Shown here one piece after another: positions 45,452 to 54,544 of a DNA stretch of 64,000 nt. Each line of letters starts with the position of its first letter. Within the stretch, counting starts at the first letter, position 1. A program made the position numbers and the translations under genes. The stretch lies in the NCBI GenBank assembly GCA_963721665.1, contig CAVRJZ010000012.1, positions 39,157-103,156 on the forward strand, in the 5' to 3' direction. The notes beneath the pieces are model-generated. The model had not been told where the DNA came from. It was given only the letters and a program-made list of their open reading frames with translations, and searched no databases. Origin of the DNA: an uncultured Alphaproteobacteria bacterium (GTDB taxonomy: Bacteria; Pseudomonadota; Alphaproteobacteria; Rhizobiales; Xanthobacteraceae).

Positions 45452-48300
45452 TCGGCTCTCTGCCGCTCGCCTTCGCGCAGCCGCTGGTGCTGCTCGGCCT
45501 GCTCAGCCTGCCGGTTCTGTGGTGGCTGTTGCGGCTGGTGCCGCCGCGCCCGCGCCGCGTCAATTTCCCGCCGACCCGGCTTTTGTTCGAGATCGCGCCG
45601 AAGGAAGAAACTCCGTCGCGCACGCCGTGGTGGCTCGTCTTGCTGCGGCTGACGCTCGCCGCGCTGGTCATCATCGCCGCCGCCGGTCCTTTGTGGAACC
45701 CGCCGCTCGCCACCGCCAACCGCGGCGCACCGCTTTTGGTGATGCTCGACGACGGCTGGGGCGCGGCGCCGAGCTGGGACGCGCGGCTGCGCACGGCCGA
45801 TGAAATCCTCGCCCGCGCCGACGCCGACAACCGCGGCGTCGCCGTGCTGCCGTTGTCGGAAACCGGGCGCGACCTTTCCTTGGCTGTAGCCGGCGCCGCG
45901 CGCGTGCAGATCAAACAGCTCAAGCCGAAACCCTACACGGTCGACCGCAGCGAGGCGCTGCCTTTGATCGAGCGCTTGCTGAAGAGCGCGCCCGAGCTCG
46001 AAGTCGTCTGGCTCTCCGACGGTGTCGACCTCGGCAAGGGCGGCGAATTCATCGCCGGCCTCAAGCGCGTGCTCGGCAGCCATCCGCTCACCGTGGTCGC
46101 CGGCGGCTTGCCGGCGGCGCACGCGCTTGCCGACGCCGACAACGCGGCCGGCGCGCTGACCGTGAAAGTCTTGCGCGCGCAAACCGGCGGCGCCGACGCC
46201 GGTTTTGTCAACGCCATCGATCTCAAAGGCCTGCCGCTCGGCGAGGCGCCTTTCGCCTTCAAGTCCGGCGCCAACGAAGCCGAGGCGATGATCGACCTGC
46301 CGGTCGAGATCCGCAACGACGTGGCGCGGCTGGAGATCGCCGGCGAGCGCTCGGCGGGCGCCGTGCAACTGCTCGACAAACGCTGGCGCCGGCGCACCGT
46401 CGGCGTCGTCTCCGGCTCGGCCGCCGACCGTTCGCAGCCGCTGATCGGCGCCACTTATTATCTGTCACGCGCGCTCAATCCATTCGCCGATGTCCGCCTC
46501 GCCGAGGGCATCGCGCCGGCGGAAGCGGTCACGCGTTTCCTCGACCAGCATCTGCCGATGCTGATCCTCGCCGATGTCGGCAACGTCGCCGAGGCGCGCG
46601 AGCGGCTCGAAAAGTGGATCGACAATGGCGGCGTGCTGGTGCGTTTTGCCGGGCCGCATCTCGCCGGCGCCACAGACGACGATCTGGTGCCGGTCAAGCT
46701 GCGCCGCGGCGGCCGCATCCTCGGCGGCAGCATGAGCTGGGAGAAGCCGCAGCAGCTCGCCGGTTTTTCGCGCGACGGCCCGTTCGCCGGCATGACGGTG
46801 CCTAACGACGTCACCGTCACCCGCCAGGTGCTGGCCGAGCCCGATGCACAGCTCACCGACCGCACCTGGGCGACGCTCGCTGACGGTACGCCGCTGGTCA
46901 CCGCCCAGCGCTACGGCAAAGGGCTTCTGGTGCTGTTTCACGTGACCGCCGACACGCGCTGGTCGGACCTGCCGCTGTCTGGCACGTTCGTCGACATGCT
47001 GCGGCGTATCGTAGCGCTGGCCGGCGCGAGCGCGAGTTCGGACAGCGACGAAGCCGGCGCGGCCACTACGACAAGCGGCCATTCCAACCAGCCCGTGCCG
47101 GCGACCCGCGTGCTCGACGGCTTCGGCGCCTTCTCGGTGCCGCCGCCGACCGCCCGCCCGATCCCCGCCGATTTCAAAGGCCGCGCCAATGCCGATCATC
47201 CGCCCGGCTTCTACGGTCCGCCGGAAGGCCTGGTCGCGGTCAACACGCTCAGGCCCGACGATCAGCCGGCGCCGCTCGATTTTTCGCCGCTTAACGCCCA
47301 CCTCGACGTCTACCGCCATGGCGAGCCGCTCGACCTGCGCGGCCCGGTGTTCCTCGCGGCACTTGCGCTGTTGATGATCGACGCGCTGGTGGTCATTGCG
47401 CTGTCGGGCGGATTCGCCAGCTTGTTGGCGCGCCGCCGCGTGGCGACCGCGCTGCTGGCGGCAGGCCTTGCCGCCGCGCTCTTCCTGCCGCATCCCGCGC
47501 GAGCGCAGACGGAGCCGCCGCAACCGCCGCCATTGACCGCGGAACAACAGGATTTCGCCATGAAGGCGACGATGCAAACGCATCTCGCTTACATCATCAC
47601 CGGCGACGCCGATGTCGACGCCGTGAGCAAGGCCGGCCTGCAGGGCCTCACGCTGTTCCTGGCGCAGCGCACTGCGCTCGAAGCCGGCGAGCCGATCGGG
47701 CTCGATCCTGCGCGCGACGAGCTTGCCTTCTTCCCGCTGATCTATTGGCCGGTTTCGCCGAACGCGGTGAAGCCTTCGCAGACCGCGCTCGAGCGCATCG
47801 ATACCTATATGAAGCGCGGCGGCACGGTACTGTTCGACACCCGCGACGCCATCGACACGCCGCCGACCGGCGGCATGCAGTCGCCCGGCATGGTGGCGCT
47901 GCGCTCGATCCTGTCCTCACTCGACATTCCCGAACTCGAGCCGGTGCCGCGCGATCACGTGCTGACCAAGACATTCTTCCTGCTGCGCGACTTCCCCGGC
48001 CGCTTCACCAACGGCCAGCTTTGGGTCGAGGCGCTGCCGGCGGAAACCGACGAGAACAGCAACCGGCCGGCGCGCGCCGGCGACGGCGTGTCCTCGATCC
48101 TGATCACCTCCAACGATCTCGCCGGCGCCTGGGCCATGCGCCCGGACGGCCAGCCCATGCTGCCGCTGGTGCCGGGCGAGCCGCGCCAGCGCGAAATGGC
48201 CTTCCGCGCCGGCGTCAACATCGTGATGTATGCGCTCACCGGCAACTACAAAACCGACCAGGTGCACATCCCGGCGCTGCTCGAGCGGCTGGGACAGTAG
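45448..48300 (+). CDS. large membrane protein with N-terminal BatA and C-terminal DUF4159 domains
   Basis: F.QP..LLGL..LP.LWWLLR..PP (BatA), LAFFPLIYWP, YMKRGGTVLFD, AFRAGVNIVMYALTGNYK.DQVH; intact. Confidence 0.88.
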   Translation: MIGSLPLAFAQPLVLLGLLSLPVLWWLLRLVPPRPRRVNFPPTRLLFEIAPKEETPSRTPWWLVLLRLTLAALVIIAAAGPLWNPPLATANRGAPLLVMLDDGWGAAPSWDARLRTADEILARADADNRGVAVLPLSETGRDLSLAVAGAARVQIKQLKPKPYTVDRSEALPLIERLLKSAPELEVVWLSDGVDLGKGGEFIAGLKRVLGSHPLTVVAGGLPAAHALADADNAAGALTVKVLRAQTGGADAGFVNAIDLKGLPLGEAPFAFKSGANEAEAMIDLPVEIRNDVARLEIAGERSAGAVQLLDKRWRRRTVGVVSGSAADRSQPLIGATYYLSRALNPFADVRLAEGIAPAEAVTRFLDQHLPMLILADVGNVAEARERLEKWIDNGGVLVRFAGPHLAGATDDDLVPVKLRRGGRILGGSMSWEKPQQLAGFSRDGPFAGMTVPNDVTVTRQVLAEPDAQLTDRTWATLADGTPLVTAQRYGKGLLVLFHVTADTRWSDLPLSGTFVDMLRRIVALAGASASSDSDEAGAATTTSGHSNQPVPATRVLDGFGAFSVPPPTARPIPADFKGRANADHPPGFYGPPEGLVAVNTLRPDDQPAPLDFSPLNAHLDVYRHGEPLDLRGPVFLAALALLMIDALVVIALSGGFASLLARRRVATALLAAGLAAALFLPHPARAQTEPPQPPPLTAEQQDFAMKATMQTHLAYIITGDADVDAVSKAGLQGLTLFLAQRTALEAGEPIGLDPARDELAFFPLIYWPVSPNAVKPSQTALERIDTYMKRGGTVLFDTRDAIDTPPTGGMQSPGMVALRSILSSLDIPELEPVPRDHVLTKTFFLLRDFPGRFTNGQLWVEALPAETDENSNRPARAGDGVSSILITSNDLAGAWAMRPDGQPMLPLVPGEPRQREMAFRAGVNIVMYALTGNYKTDQVHIPALLERLGQ

Positions 48301-48309
48301 GAGTTCGAT

Positions 48310-50376
48310 TTGAACCTCGGCGTTTCATTTGCACCGTTAGTGCCCGCCTATGTGGTGTGGGCCGCGTTCGGCATCGCCTTCCTGATCTCGATCGTGTTGC
48401 TGCTCGCGCGCAGCCGCGGCGCGCCGATGCGGGCGCTCGCGCTCGGCCTATTCGTGCTGGCGCTCGCCAACCCCTCGCTCACCCGCGAAGACCGCGATCC
48501 GATCCCCTCGGTCGCCGCCGTCATCGTCGACAAGAGCCCGAGCCAGGATTTCGGCGACCGTGCCGCGCAGACGGAAGCCGCGCGCACCACTCTGGTCGAG
48601 CGGCTCAAGCGCATCCGGGGCCTGGAAGTGCGCGTGGCCGAAGCGGGCGCCGCCGACGGCGAGACCGACGGCACGCGGCTGTTCTCGGCGTTGTCGGCGA
48701 CGCTTGCCGACGTGCCGCCCGACCGCGTCGCCGGCGCCATCCTCGTCACCGACGGCCGCGTGCACGATGTGCCGGCCGACGTTGCCGCGCTCGGCTTTAC
48801 CGCGCCGCTACACGCGCTGATCACCGGCCACCCCGACGAGATTGATCGCCGCGTGGTGCTCACGCAGACCCCGCGCTTCGGCATCGTCGGCCAATCGCAG
48901 ACGATCGGCTTCCGCGTCGAGGACCAGGGCGCTCATGTCGGCGCCGCGGAAGTCACCGTTCGGCGCGACGGCGAGGTGTTGGAAAAGCGCGTGGTCACCG
49001 TACACACCGATATCAGCGTCAAGGTGCCGATCCCGCACGCGGGCCCGAACATCGTCGAGATCGAGGCCTCCCCGCTCGCCAACGAACTCACCCAAGTCAA
49101 CAACCGCGCGGTGATCTCGATCGACGGCGTGCGCGACAAGCTGCGCGTGCTCTTGGTGTCGGGCGAGCCGCATGCCGGCGAGCGCACCTGGCGCAATCTG
49201 CTCAAGTCCGATGCTTCGGTCGATCTGGTGCATTTCACCATTCTGCGTCCGCCGGAAAAGCAGGACGGCACGCCGATCAACGAATTGTCGCTGATCGCCT
49301 TCCCCACACGCGAACTGTTCCAGCAGAAGATCTCGGAATTCCAGCTCATCATCTTCGACCGCTACGCCCGACAAGGCGTGCTGCCGATGATCTATTTCGA
49401 TAATATCGCGAAATATGTGCGCGACGGCGGCGCCGTGCTGATCGCGGCCGGGCCGGATTACGCGAGCCCCACCAGCATCTGGCGTACCCCGCTCGACGCT
49501 ATCTTGCCGGCCGAGCCGAGCGGCGATATGACCGAGGAGCCGTTCCGCGCCACCCTCACCGAGGCCGGCAAGCGCCATCCGGTGACGCGCGATCTCGCCG
49601 GCTCGCAGAGCGACCCACCGCACTGGAGCCAGTGGTTCCGGCTGGTCAACACCAAACGCACCAGCGGCACCAGCGTGATGCAGGGACCGGACGGCAAGCC
49701 GCTTTTGGTGCTCGCGCGCGAGGGCGAAGGCCGCGTGGCGCTGCTCCTGTCCGATCACATCTGGCTGTGGGCGCGCGGCTATGAAGGCGGCGGCCCACAT
49801 CTCGATCTCTTACGCCGGCTGTCGCATTGGCTGATGAAACAGCCGGAACTGGAAGAAGAAGCGCTGCGGCTGATCGTCAAGGGCCACGAAATCACCGTGC
49901 GGCGGCAAACCATGGCCGACAGCGTCAATGAAGTGACGCTCACCTCGCCGACCGGCGCCGCCCGTACGCTGAACCTACAGTCGGTCGAGCCCGGCGTGTG
50001 GAGCGCCAATGTCACCGCCAACGAACTCGGCCTGTGGCGGGCGACTGACGGTAAGCTCACGGCGCTCGCCAATGTGGGGCCTGCCAATCCGCGCGAATTC
50101 TCAGAAGTGACCTCGACCACGGAAGTGCTGAGCAAGCTTGCCAACGCCACCGGCGGCGACGCGCGGCGGCTGATGAACGGCAATTCGCTTGAAGTGCCGC
50201 GCGTGATTGCGGTGCGCACCTCGACCACGTTCAAGGGCGACGACTGGATCGGGCTGAAGATGCGCGACATCAGCGTGGTGCGCGGCATCGGCGTGCTGCC
50301 GATCTTTGCAGGATTAATCGGGCTCTTGCTCTTGGTCGGTTCGCTCGCGGCGACTTGGGCGCGCGAAGGCCGCTAA
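48310..50376 (+). CDS. membrane protein with vWA-like and glutamine amidotransferase-like domains
   Basis: VDKSPS, LVTDG, LRVLLVSGEPH.GER, ELSLIAFP, N- and C-terminal TM; intact. Confidence 0.85.
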   Translation: MNLGVSFAPLVPAYVVWAAFGIAFLISIVLLLARSRGAPMRALALGLFVLALANPSLTREDRDPIPSVAAVIVDKSPSQDFGDRAAQTEAARTTLVERLKRIRGLEVRVAEAGAADGETDGTRLFSALSATLADVPPDRVAGAILVTDGRVHDVPADVAALGFTAPLHALITGHPDEIDRRVVLTQTPRFGIVGQSQTIGFRVEDQGAHVGAAEVTVRRDGEVLEKRVVTVHTDISVKVPIPHAGPNIVEIEASPLANELTQVNNRAVISIDGVRDKLRVLLVSGEPHAGERTWRNLLKSDASVDLVHFTILRPPEKQDGTPINELSLIAFPTRELFQQKISEFQLIIFDRYARQGVLPMIYFDNIAKYVRDGGAVLIAAGPDYASPTSIWRTPLDAILPAEPSGDMTEEPFRATLTEAGKRHPVTRDLAGSQSDPPHWSQWFRLVNTKRTSGTSVMQGPDGKPLLVLAREGEGRVALLLSDHIWLWARGYEGGGPHLDLLRRLSHWLMKQPELEEEALRLIVKGHEITVRRQTMADSVNEVTLTSPTGAARTLNLQSVEPGVWSANVTANELGLWRATDGKLTALANVGPANPREFSEVTSTTEVLSKLANATGGDARRLMNGNSLEVPRVIAVRTSTTFKGDDWIGLKMRDISVVRGIGVLPIFAGLIGLLLLVGSLAATWAREGR

Positions 50377-50879
50377 GTTTCCCAATCCGGCCGGATCAGT
50401 CCGCGCACGCCGTCGAAGGCGCCGGGCTTCAATTCCGCCACCAAAAGCCGCGCCGGGTCGACCGGGCCGGGCATTTTCACTTGGCCCTTGGGGATGCCTT
50501 TGAAGCCGGCCTTGGTGTAGAATGGCGCGTCGCCGACCAGCACGACCAGGCTGTGCCCCGCGGCCTTGGCGTCTTTCAGCGCGCGCGCGATCAACGCCGA
50601 GCCGACGCCCCGCTCGCGGAACGGCGGTTCGACCGTGAGCGGCCCCAACAGCAGCGCCGGCGTCTCGCCGATGCAGATCCGTGTCAGCCGCACCGAGCCG
50701 ACCAGCAGCGTGCCGATGCGCGCGGTAAACGACAGATCAAGCGTGTGCGCGCGGCCCTCGCGGATGCGGAAGGCGCTGCGCGCATAGCGGCCGGGGCCGA
50801 AGGTGCGCTCGTGCAGCCGCTCGATCGCCAACGCGTCGTCAGGTGTCTCCGGCAGGACGGTCAGCGCAAGTTCGCTCAT
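50373..50879 (-). CDS. GNAT family N-acetyltransferase (YhbS-like)
   Basis: FGPGRYARSAFRIRE, LLLGPLTVEP.FR.RGVG, LVGDAPFY...GF. Confidence 0.9.
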   Translation of the reverse strand: MSELALTVLPETPDDALAIERLHERTFGPGRYARSAFRIREGRAHTLDLSFTARIGTLLVGSVRLTRICIGETPALLLGPLTVEPPFRERGVGSALIARALKDAKAAGHSLVVLVGDAPFYTKAGFKGIPKGQVKMPGPVDPARLLVAELKPGAFDGVRGLIRPDWET

Positions 50880-50977
50880 GCCGAGCCGATTAGCACCTGG
50901 GTCGATTCCGGTCCATTGCCCGTGGCGCTTTCGGCTCCGATTGCCTAAATGGTACCGGCAAAGCGGAGGTTATCGGC

Positions 50978-51952
50978 ATGGGACTGCTGGTCGACGGCGT
51001 GTGGCAGGACGACGTTTCGCGCACCAAGGACGGCCACTTCGTCCGCCCGGTGACGCGTTTTCGCAACTGGGTCACGCCCGACGGAAGTCCGGGTCCGTCC
51101 GGCGAAGGCGGCTTTGCCGCGGAAGCCGGCCGCTATCACCTCTATGTTTCGCTCGCCTGCCCCTGGGCGCACCGCACCGTCATCTTCCGCAAGCTGAAAG
51201 GTTTGGAGAACGTCATCTCGATGTCGGTGGTCTCGCCCGACATGCTGCGCGAGGGCTGGACTTTCAATGTGGCGGAAGGCTCGACCGGCGACCACGTCAA
51301 CGGCAAGAGCAAGCTCAGCGAAATCTACCTGCTGGCCGACCCGAAATATTCCGGCCGGGTCAGCGTGCCGGTGCTGTGGGACAAGAAGCGCAAGACGATC
51401 GTCAACAACGAGTTGCCGGAAATCATTCGTATGTTGAACTCTGCGTTCGATGCCTTCACCAATGTGCACACCGACTATTATCCGGTGCCGCTGCGCAGCG
51501 AGATCGACCGGCTCAACGAGCTCGTCTATGCGAACATCAACAACGGCGTCTATCGTTCCGGCTTCGCCACCACGCAGGCGGCCTACGAGGCGGCCTTCCG
51601 CAACGTGTTCGACGCGCTCGACGAAATCGAGCAGCGGCTGTCGCAGCACCGCTATCTCGTCGGCAATACGCTTACCGAGGCCGACTGGCGGCTGTTTCCG
51701 ACGCTGATCCGTTTCGACGCCGTCTACTATTCGCACTTCAAGTGCAACTGGCGGCACATCCACGAATATCCCAATTTGTCGAATTATCTGCGCGATCTCT
51801 ATCAGCAGCCGGGCGTGGCCGAGACGGTGAACCTCGCGCAGATCAAGCGGCATTATTATTTCAGCCAGCGCCAGGTGAACCCGACCGGCATCGTGCCGGT
51901 CGGCCCGCAGCTCGACTTCGCCGCGCCGCACGACCGCGCAAGGTTTGGGTAG
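50978..51952 (+). CDS. yqjG: glutathionyl-hydroquinone reductase (omega/xi-like GST)
   Basis: RYHLYVSLACPWAHR, VPVLWDKK, NNGVYRSGFA, HFKCN, IKRHYY. Confidence 0.92.
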   Translation: MGLLVDGVWQDDVSRTKDGHFVRPVTRFRNWVTPDGSPGPSGEGGFAAEAGRYHLYVSLACPWAHRTVIFRKLKGLENVISMSVVSPDMLREGWTFNVAEGSTGDHVNGKSKLSEIYLLADPKYSGRVSVPVLWDKKRKTIVNNELPEIIRMLNSAFDAFTNVHTDYYPVPLRSEIDRLNELVYANINNGVYRSGFATTQAAYEAAFRNVFDALDEIEQRLSQHRYLVGNTLTEADWRLFPTLIRFDAVYYSHFKCNWRHIHEYPNLSNYLRDLYQQPGVAETVNLAQIKRHYYFSQRQVNPTGIVPVGPQLDFAAPHDRARFG

Positions 51953-51957
51953 ATCGC

Positions 51958-52206
51958 ATGTCCGACACCCCGCCCGACCGGCTCTCGATCGACCCGCGCA
52001 GTCCTTATTTCAACCAGGAAGCGCTGGCGCGCGACGTCGGCATTCGTTTCAAAGGCGTCGAGAAGACCAATGTCGAGGAATATTGCATCAGCGAGGGCTG
52101 GATCCGCGTCGCCGCCGGCAACGCCAAGGACCGCTATGGCAATCCGCTGACGATCAAGCTGACCGGCGCGGTCGAGCCGTTTTTCAAGAACAAGAATCAG
52201 GCGTAA
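51958..52206 (+). CDS. DUF3297 family protein
   Basis: PPDRLS.DPRSPY, VGIRFKGVEKTNVEEYCISEGW. Confidence 0.88.
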   Translation: MSDTPPDRLSIDPRSPYFNQEALARDVGIRFKGVEKTNVEEYCISEGWIRVAAGNAKDRYGNPLTIKLTGAVEPFFKNKNQA

Positions 52207-52276
52207 GGCCAAGGTGACGGCTTAGCTCTTCAACGCCGCGCCGCATGACCGCGGAAAGTTTGGATACCGTCTATCC

Positions 52277-52407
52277 GTCGTCCCCGCGAAAGCGGGGACC
52301 CATAACCCCTGTCTTCCAGATAAGAGCAAAACTAATGACGCGGGCGACTCGCGCGTCGCGATACGGATACGACACGGCGTATGGGTCCCCGCCGTCGCGG
52401 GGACGAC
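52277..52407. repeat. REP/REPIN-like palindromic element
   Basis: GTCGTCCCCGCGAAAGCGGGGACCCATA...TATGGGTCCCCGCCGTCGCGGGGACGAC inverted arms. Confidence 0.9.
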
Positions 52408-52434
52408 ACTGAGTGTGTCGCCGCCTTCATTGCC

Positions 52435-52905
52435 GATTCAAATTTCAAACAGCCCGCCTTCGCCAAAATTTCGGCCGCCAAGGCTTCGGCGGGCAAGCCA
52501 ACGCTCCGCCGCCCCTATTCTTTGCGGCGCGGGGGCGCCGGCCTTCATTTTTCCCCTCAGGGCTAAGCCCGAGGGAGTGAAGCACCAAGCGGCGCACCGG
52601 GTCTTTCCGTCTTGCCGCGTTCCCTTTCGAGAACGCGGGCGCCTCTCGGCGCTCCACGGCGGCGATTTCTGTTCCCCGGGGCCGTAACTTCCGGGCGCGG
52701 ACGGAGCCCTTCTGGGCCCCCGATCCGGCAGGCTTTCGCCCGCCTTCGTCCGCGCCGCGTCCAGCCATTCAAGGCAGCCCCGCATAGTAGGGACGGACGG
52801 CGACCCAGGGCCTCCCGGGGCAAGGTTACGAGCCTTGCGCGCGGGCGCCGCATCCCCTCCCGCTGTCGGAACGTCTCATGACAACGCCCTCGGTAGGAGA
52901 GGATG
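52435..52905 (-). ncRNA. candidate large structured ncRNA or non-autonomous repeat element (~470 nt), family not recognised
   Basis: At least 7 helices, G-U pairs and GAAA loops that work only on the minus strand, dedicated promoter, no credible ORF. Confidence 0.65.
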
Positions 52906-52911
52906 GGTAGG

Positions 52912-52939
52912 ATTTTAATCTTACTAGGAATAAAGTCAA
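52912..52939 (-). promoter_or_regulatory. sigma70-type promoter
   Basis: TTGACT-N16-TAAAAT on minus strand with A-tracts upstream. Confidence 0.75.
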
Positions 52940-52980
52940 GAGATGTTTTGATTTTTAGTTTCGTCCAAGTAGCAAGGACC

Positions 52981-53022
52981 GTAGGATGGGCGCGGCGCGT
53001 TCCGCGCCGTTGCCTACCCTAC
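52981..53022. repeat. GTAG-type REP hairpin
   Basis: GTAGGATGGG-CGCGGCGCG.TTC.CGCGCCG-TTGCCTACCCTAC, 7 bp beyond the Nudix stop. Confidence 0.7.
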
Positions 53023-53029
53023 AAACTAA

Positions 53030-53512
53030 TTACCACACCTCGCTCACCGCCGCGCCGCCGAGCACCTCGGCGATGCGCGCGCGGGTGGCGCGGGTGGTGC
53101 CGTCGGGCAGCGCGGCAGGCGAAAAGAAGCCGTGTTCGACGATCTCGCGGTTGGGCACCGGCGGCGCGTCCTGACGAAACTTGTGCACCACGTAGAGCGC
53201 CACGTGGTCGCGCCGCGACACCCGGGCGTTGGAAAAGATGCCGTGCAGCACGGGCGGCGCGGTCAGCACGATATTGCCCTCCTCGGCCAGTTCGCGCGTC
53301 AGTGCCTTCAGGAAGGTCTCGCCGGTCTCCACTCCGCCGCCGGGCATGTGCCAGCCGTCGACGTAGGAGTGCCGCACCAGGAAGACGCGGCCCTCGCCGT
53401 CGATCACCATGGCGCGCGTGCCCAAGGTGGCGGGCCGCGAAAAGCGCCAGTAAAAGTGCATCAGCCGCGTGATCAGCGGCTCGAGCGCGCGGCGCAGGCG
53501 TTGCAACGGCAT
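53030..53512 (-). CDS. NUDIX hydrolase
   Basis: LVRHSYVDGWHMPGGGVETGET....LTRELAEEG Nudix box. Confidence 0.9.
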   Translation of the reverse strand: MPLQRLRRALEPLITRLMHFYWRFSRPATLGTRAMVIDGEGRVFLVRHSYVDGWHMPGGGVETGETFLKALTRELAEEGNIVLTAPPVLHGIFSNARVSRRDHVALYVVHKFRQDAPPVPNREIVEHGFFSPAALPDGTTRATRARIAEVLGGAAVSEVW

Positions 53513-53526
53513 TCCCCTCTTTCGGC

Positions 53527-53543
53527 GCTGGAATAGTTCTAAT
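53527..53543. promoter_or_regulatory. Irr iron control element (ICE)
   Basis: GCTGGAATAGTTCTAAT, 14/17 match to TTTRGAAYNRTTCYAAA, upstream of mbfA. Confidence 0.75.
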
Positions 53544-53584
53544 ATATCAAATCGTCCGCCGGCCGACGATTTGAGGGGCGCCCC

Positions 53585-54544
53585 GTGAAAAGATTTGCCG
53601 ATCTGACCGAGCAGGAAGTGCTGGCGCTCGCCATCACCAACGAGGAAGAGGATAGCCGCATCTACCGCGGCTTTGCCGAGGGCTTGCGCGAGCAATTCCC
53701 CGCCTCCGCCAAGGTGTTCGACGAGATGGCCGACGAGGAGGTGCACCACCGCACCATGCTCTACGACCTCTACCGGCAAAAATTCGGCGAATATCTGCCG
53801 CTGATCCGCCGCCAGGACGTCAAGGGCTTCATCCACCACAAATCCTCGCTCTGGCTGATGCGGCCGCTGGGCTTGGAGGAAGTGCGCAAATTCGCCGAGG
53901 ACATGGAATTCGAGGCGGAGCGGTATTACCGCAAGGCGGCGGAGAACGCGCGCGACGCCTCGGTGCGAGAATTGCTGGTCAAGCTCGCGGAAGCCGAGGC
54001 CGGCCACGAAACCCTCGCGCATAAGCTCAGCCAGACCATTCTCACCAAAGGCGCGCGCGAAAAGGAAGACGAGACCGCACGGCGCGTGTTCATGCTGCAA
54101 TATATCCAGCCGGGCCTCGCCGGGCTGATGGACGGCTCGGTGTCGACGCTGGCGCCGCTGTTCGCCGCGGCCTTCGCCACGCACAATACCTGGGCGACCT
54201 TCCTGGTCGGCATGGCGGCGTCCGTCGGCGCCGGCATCTCGATGGCGTTCGCGGAGGCGCTGTCGGACGACGGCTCGCTCACCGGGCGCGGCTCGCCCTG
54301 GCTGCGCGGCACGGTGACCGGCGCGATGACGGCGCTCGGCGGGCTCGGCCACACGCTGCCCTATCTCATTCCGCATTTCCTTACCGCCACCGTCGTGTCC
54401 GGGTGCGTGGTCGCAGTGGAGCTTGCGGCGATTTCCTGGATCCGCACGAAATACATGGACACGCCGTTCCTGCAGGCGGCGTTCCAGGTGGTGGTCGGCG
54501 GCGTGCTGGTGTTCATCGCCGGGATTTTGATCGGGAGCTCGTGA
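53585..54544 (+). CDS. mbfA: iron exporter MbfA (erythrin domain + VIT1/CCC1)
   Basis: LTEQEVLALAITNEEED, two ExxH motifs, QPGLAGLMDGSVSTLAP, EALSDDG. Confidence 0.95.
   Translation: MKRFADLTEQEVLALAITNEEEDSRIYRGFAEGLREQFPASAKVFDEMADEEVHHRTMLYDLYRQKFGEYLPLIRRQDVKGFIHHKSSLWLMRPLGLEEVRKFAEDMEFEAERYYRKAAENARDASVRELLVKLAEAEAGHETLAHKLSQTILTKGAREKEDETARRVFMLQYIQPGLAGLMDGSVSTLAPLFAAAFATHNTWATFLVGMAASVGAGISMAFAEALSDDGSLTGRGSPWLRGTVTGAMTALGGLGHTLPYLIPHFLTATVVSGCVVAVELAAISWIRTKYMDTPFLQAAFQVVVGGVLVFIAGILIGSS

Noticed and set aside
52438-52881. ORF-track proteins overlapping the structured element
   Set aside because: Arg/Pro/Gly-rich, no recognisable motifs, several mutually overlapping frames; typical GC-rich noise
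52435-52905. RNase P, tmRNA, SRP or group II intron
   Set aside because: Hallmark sequences (GAGGAAAGUCC, tRNA-like ends with tag ORF, GUGCG 5' end and domain V) were not found by eye
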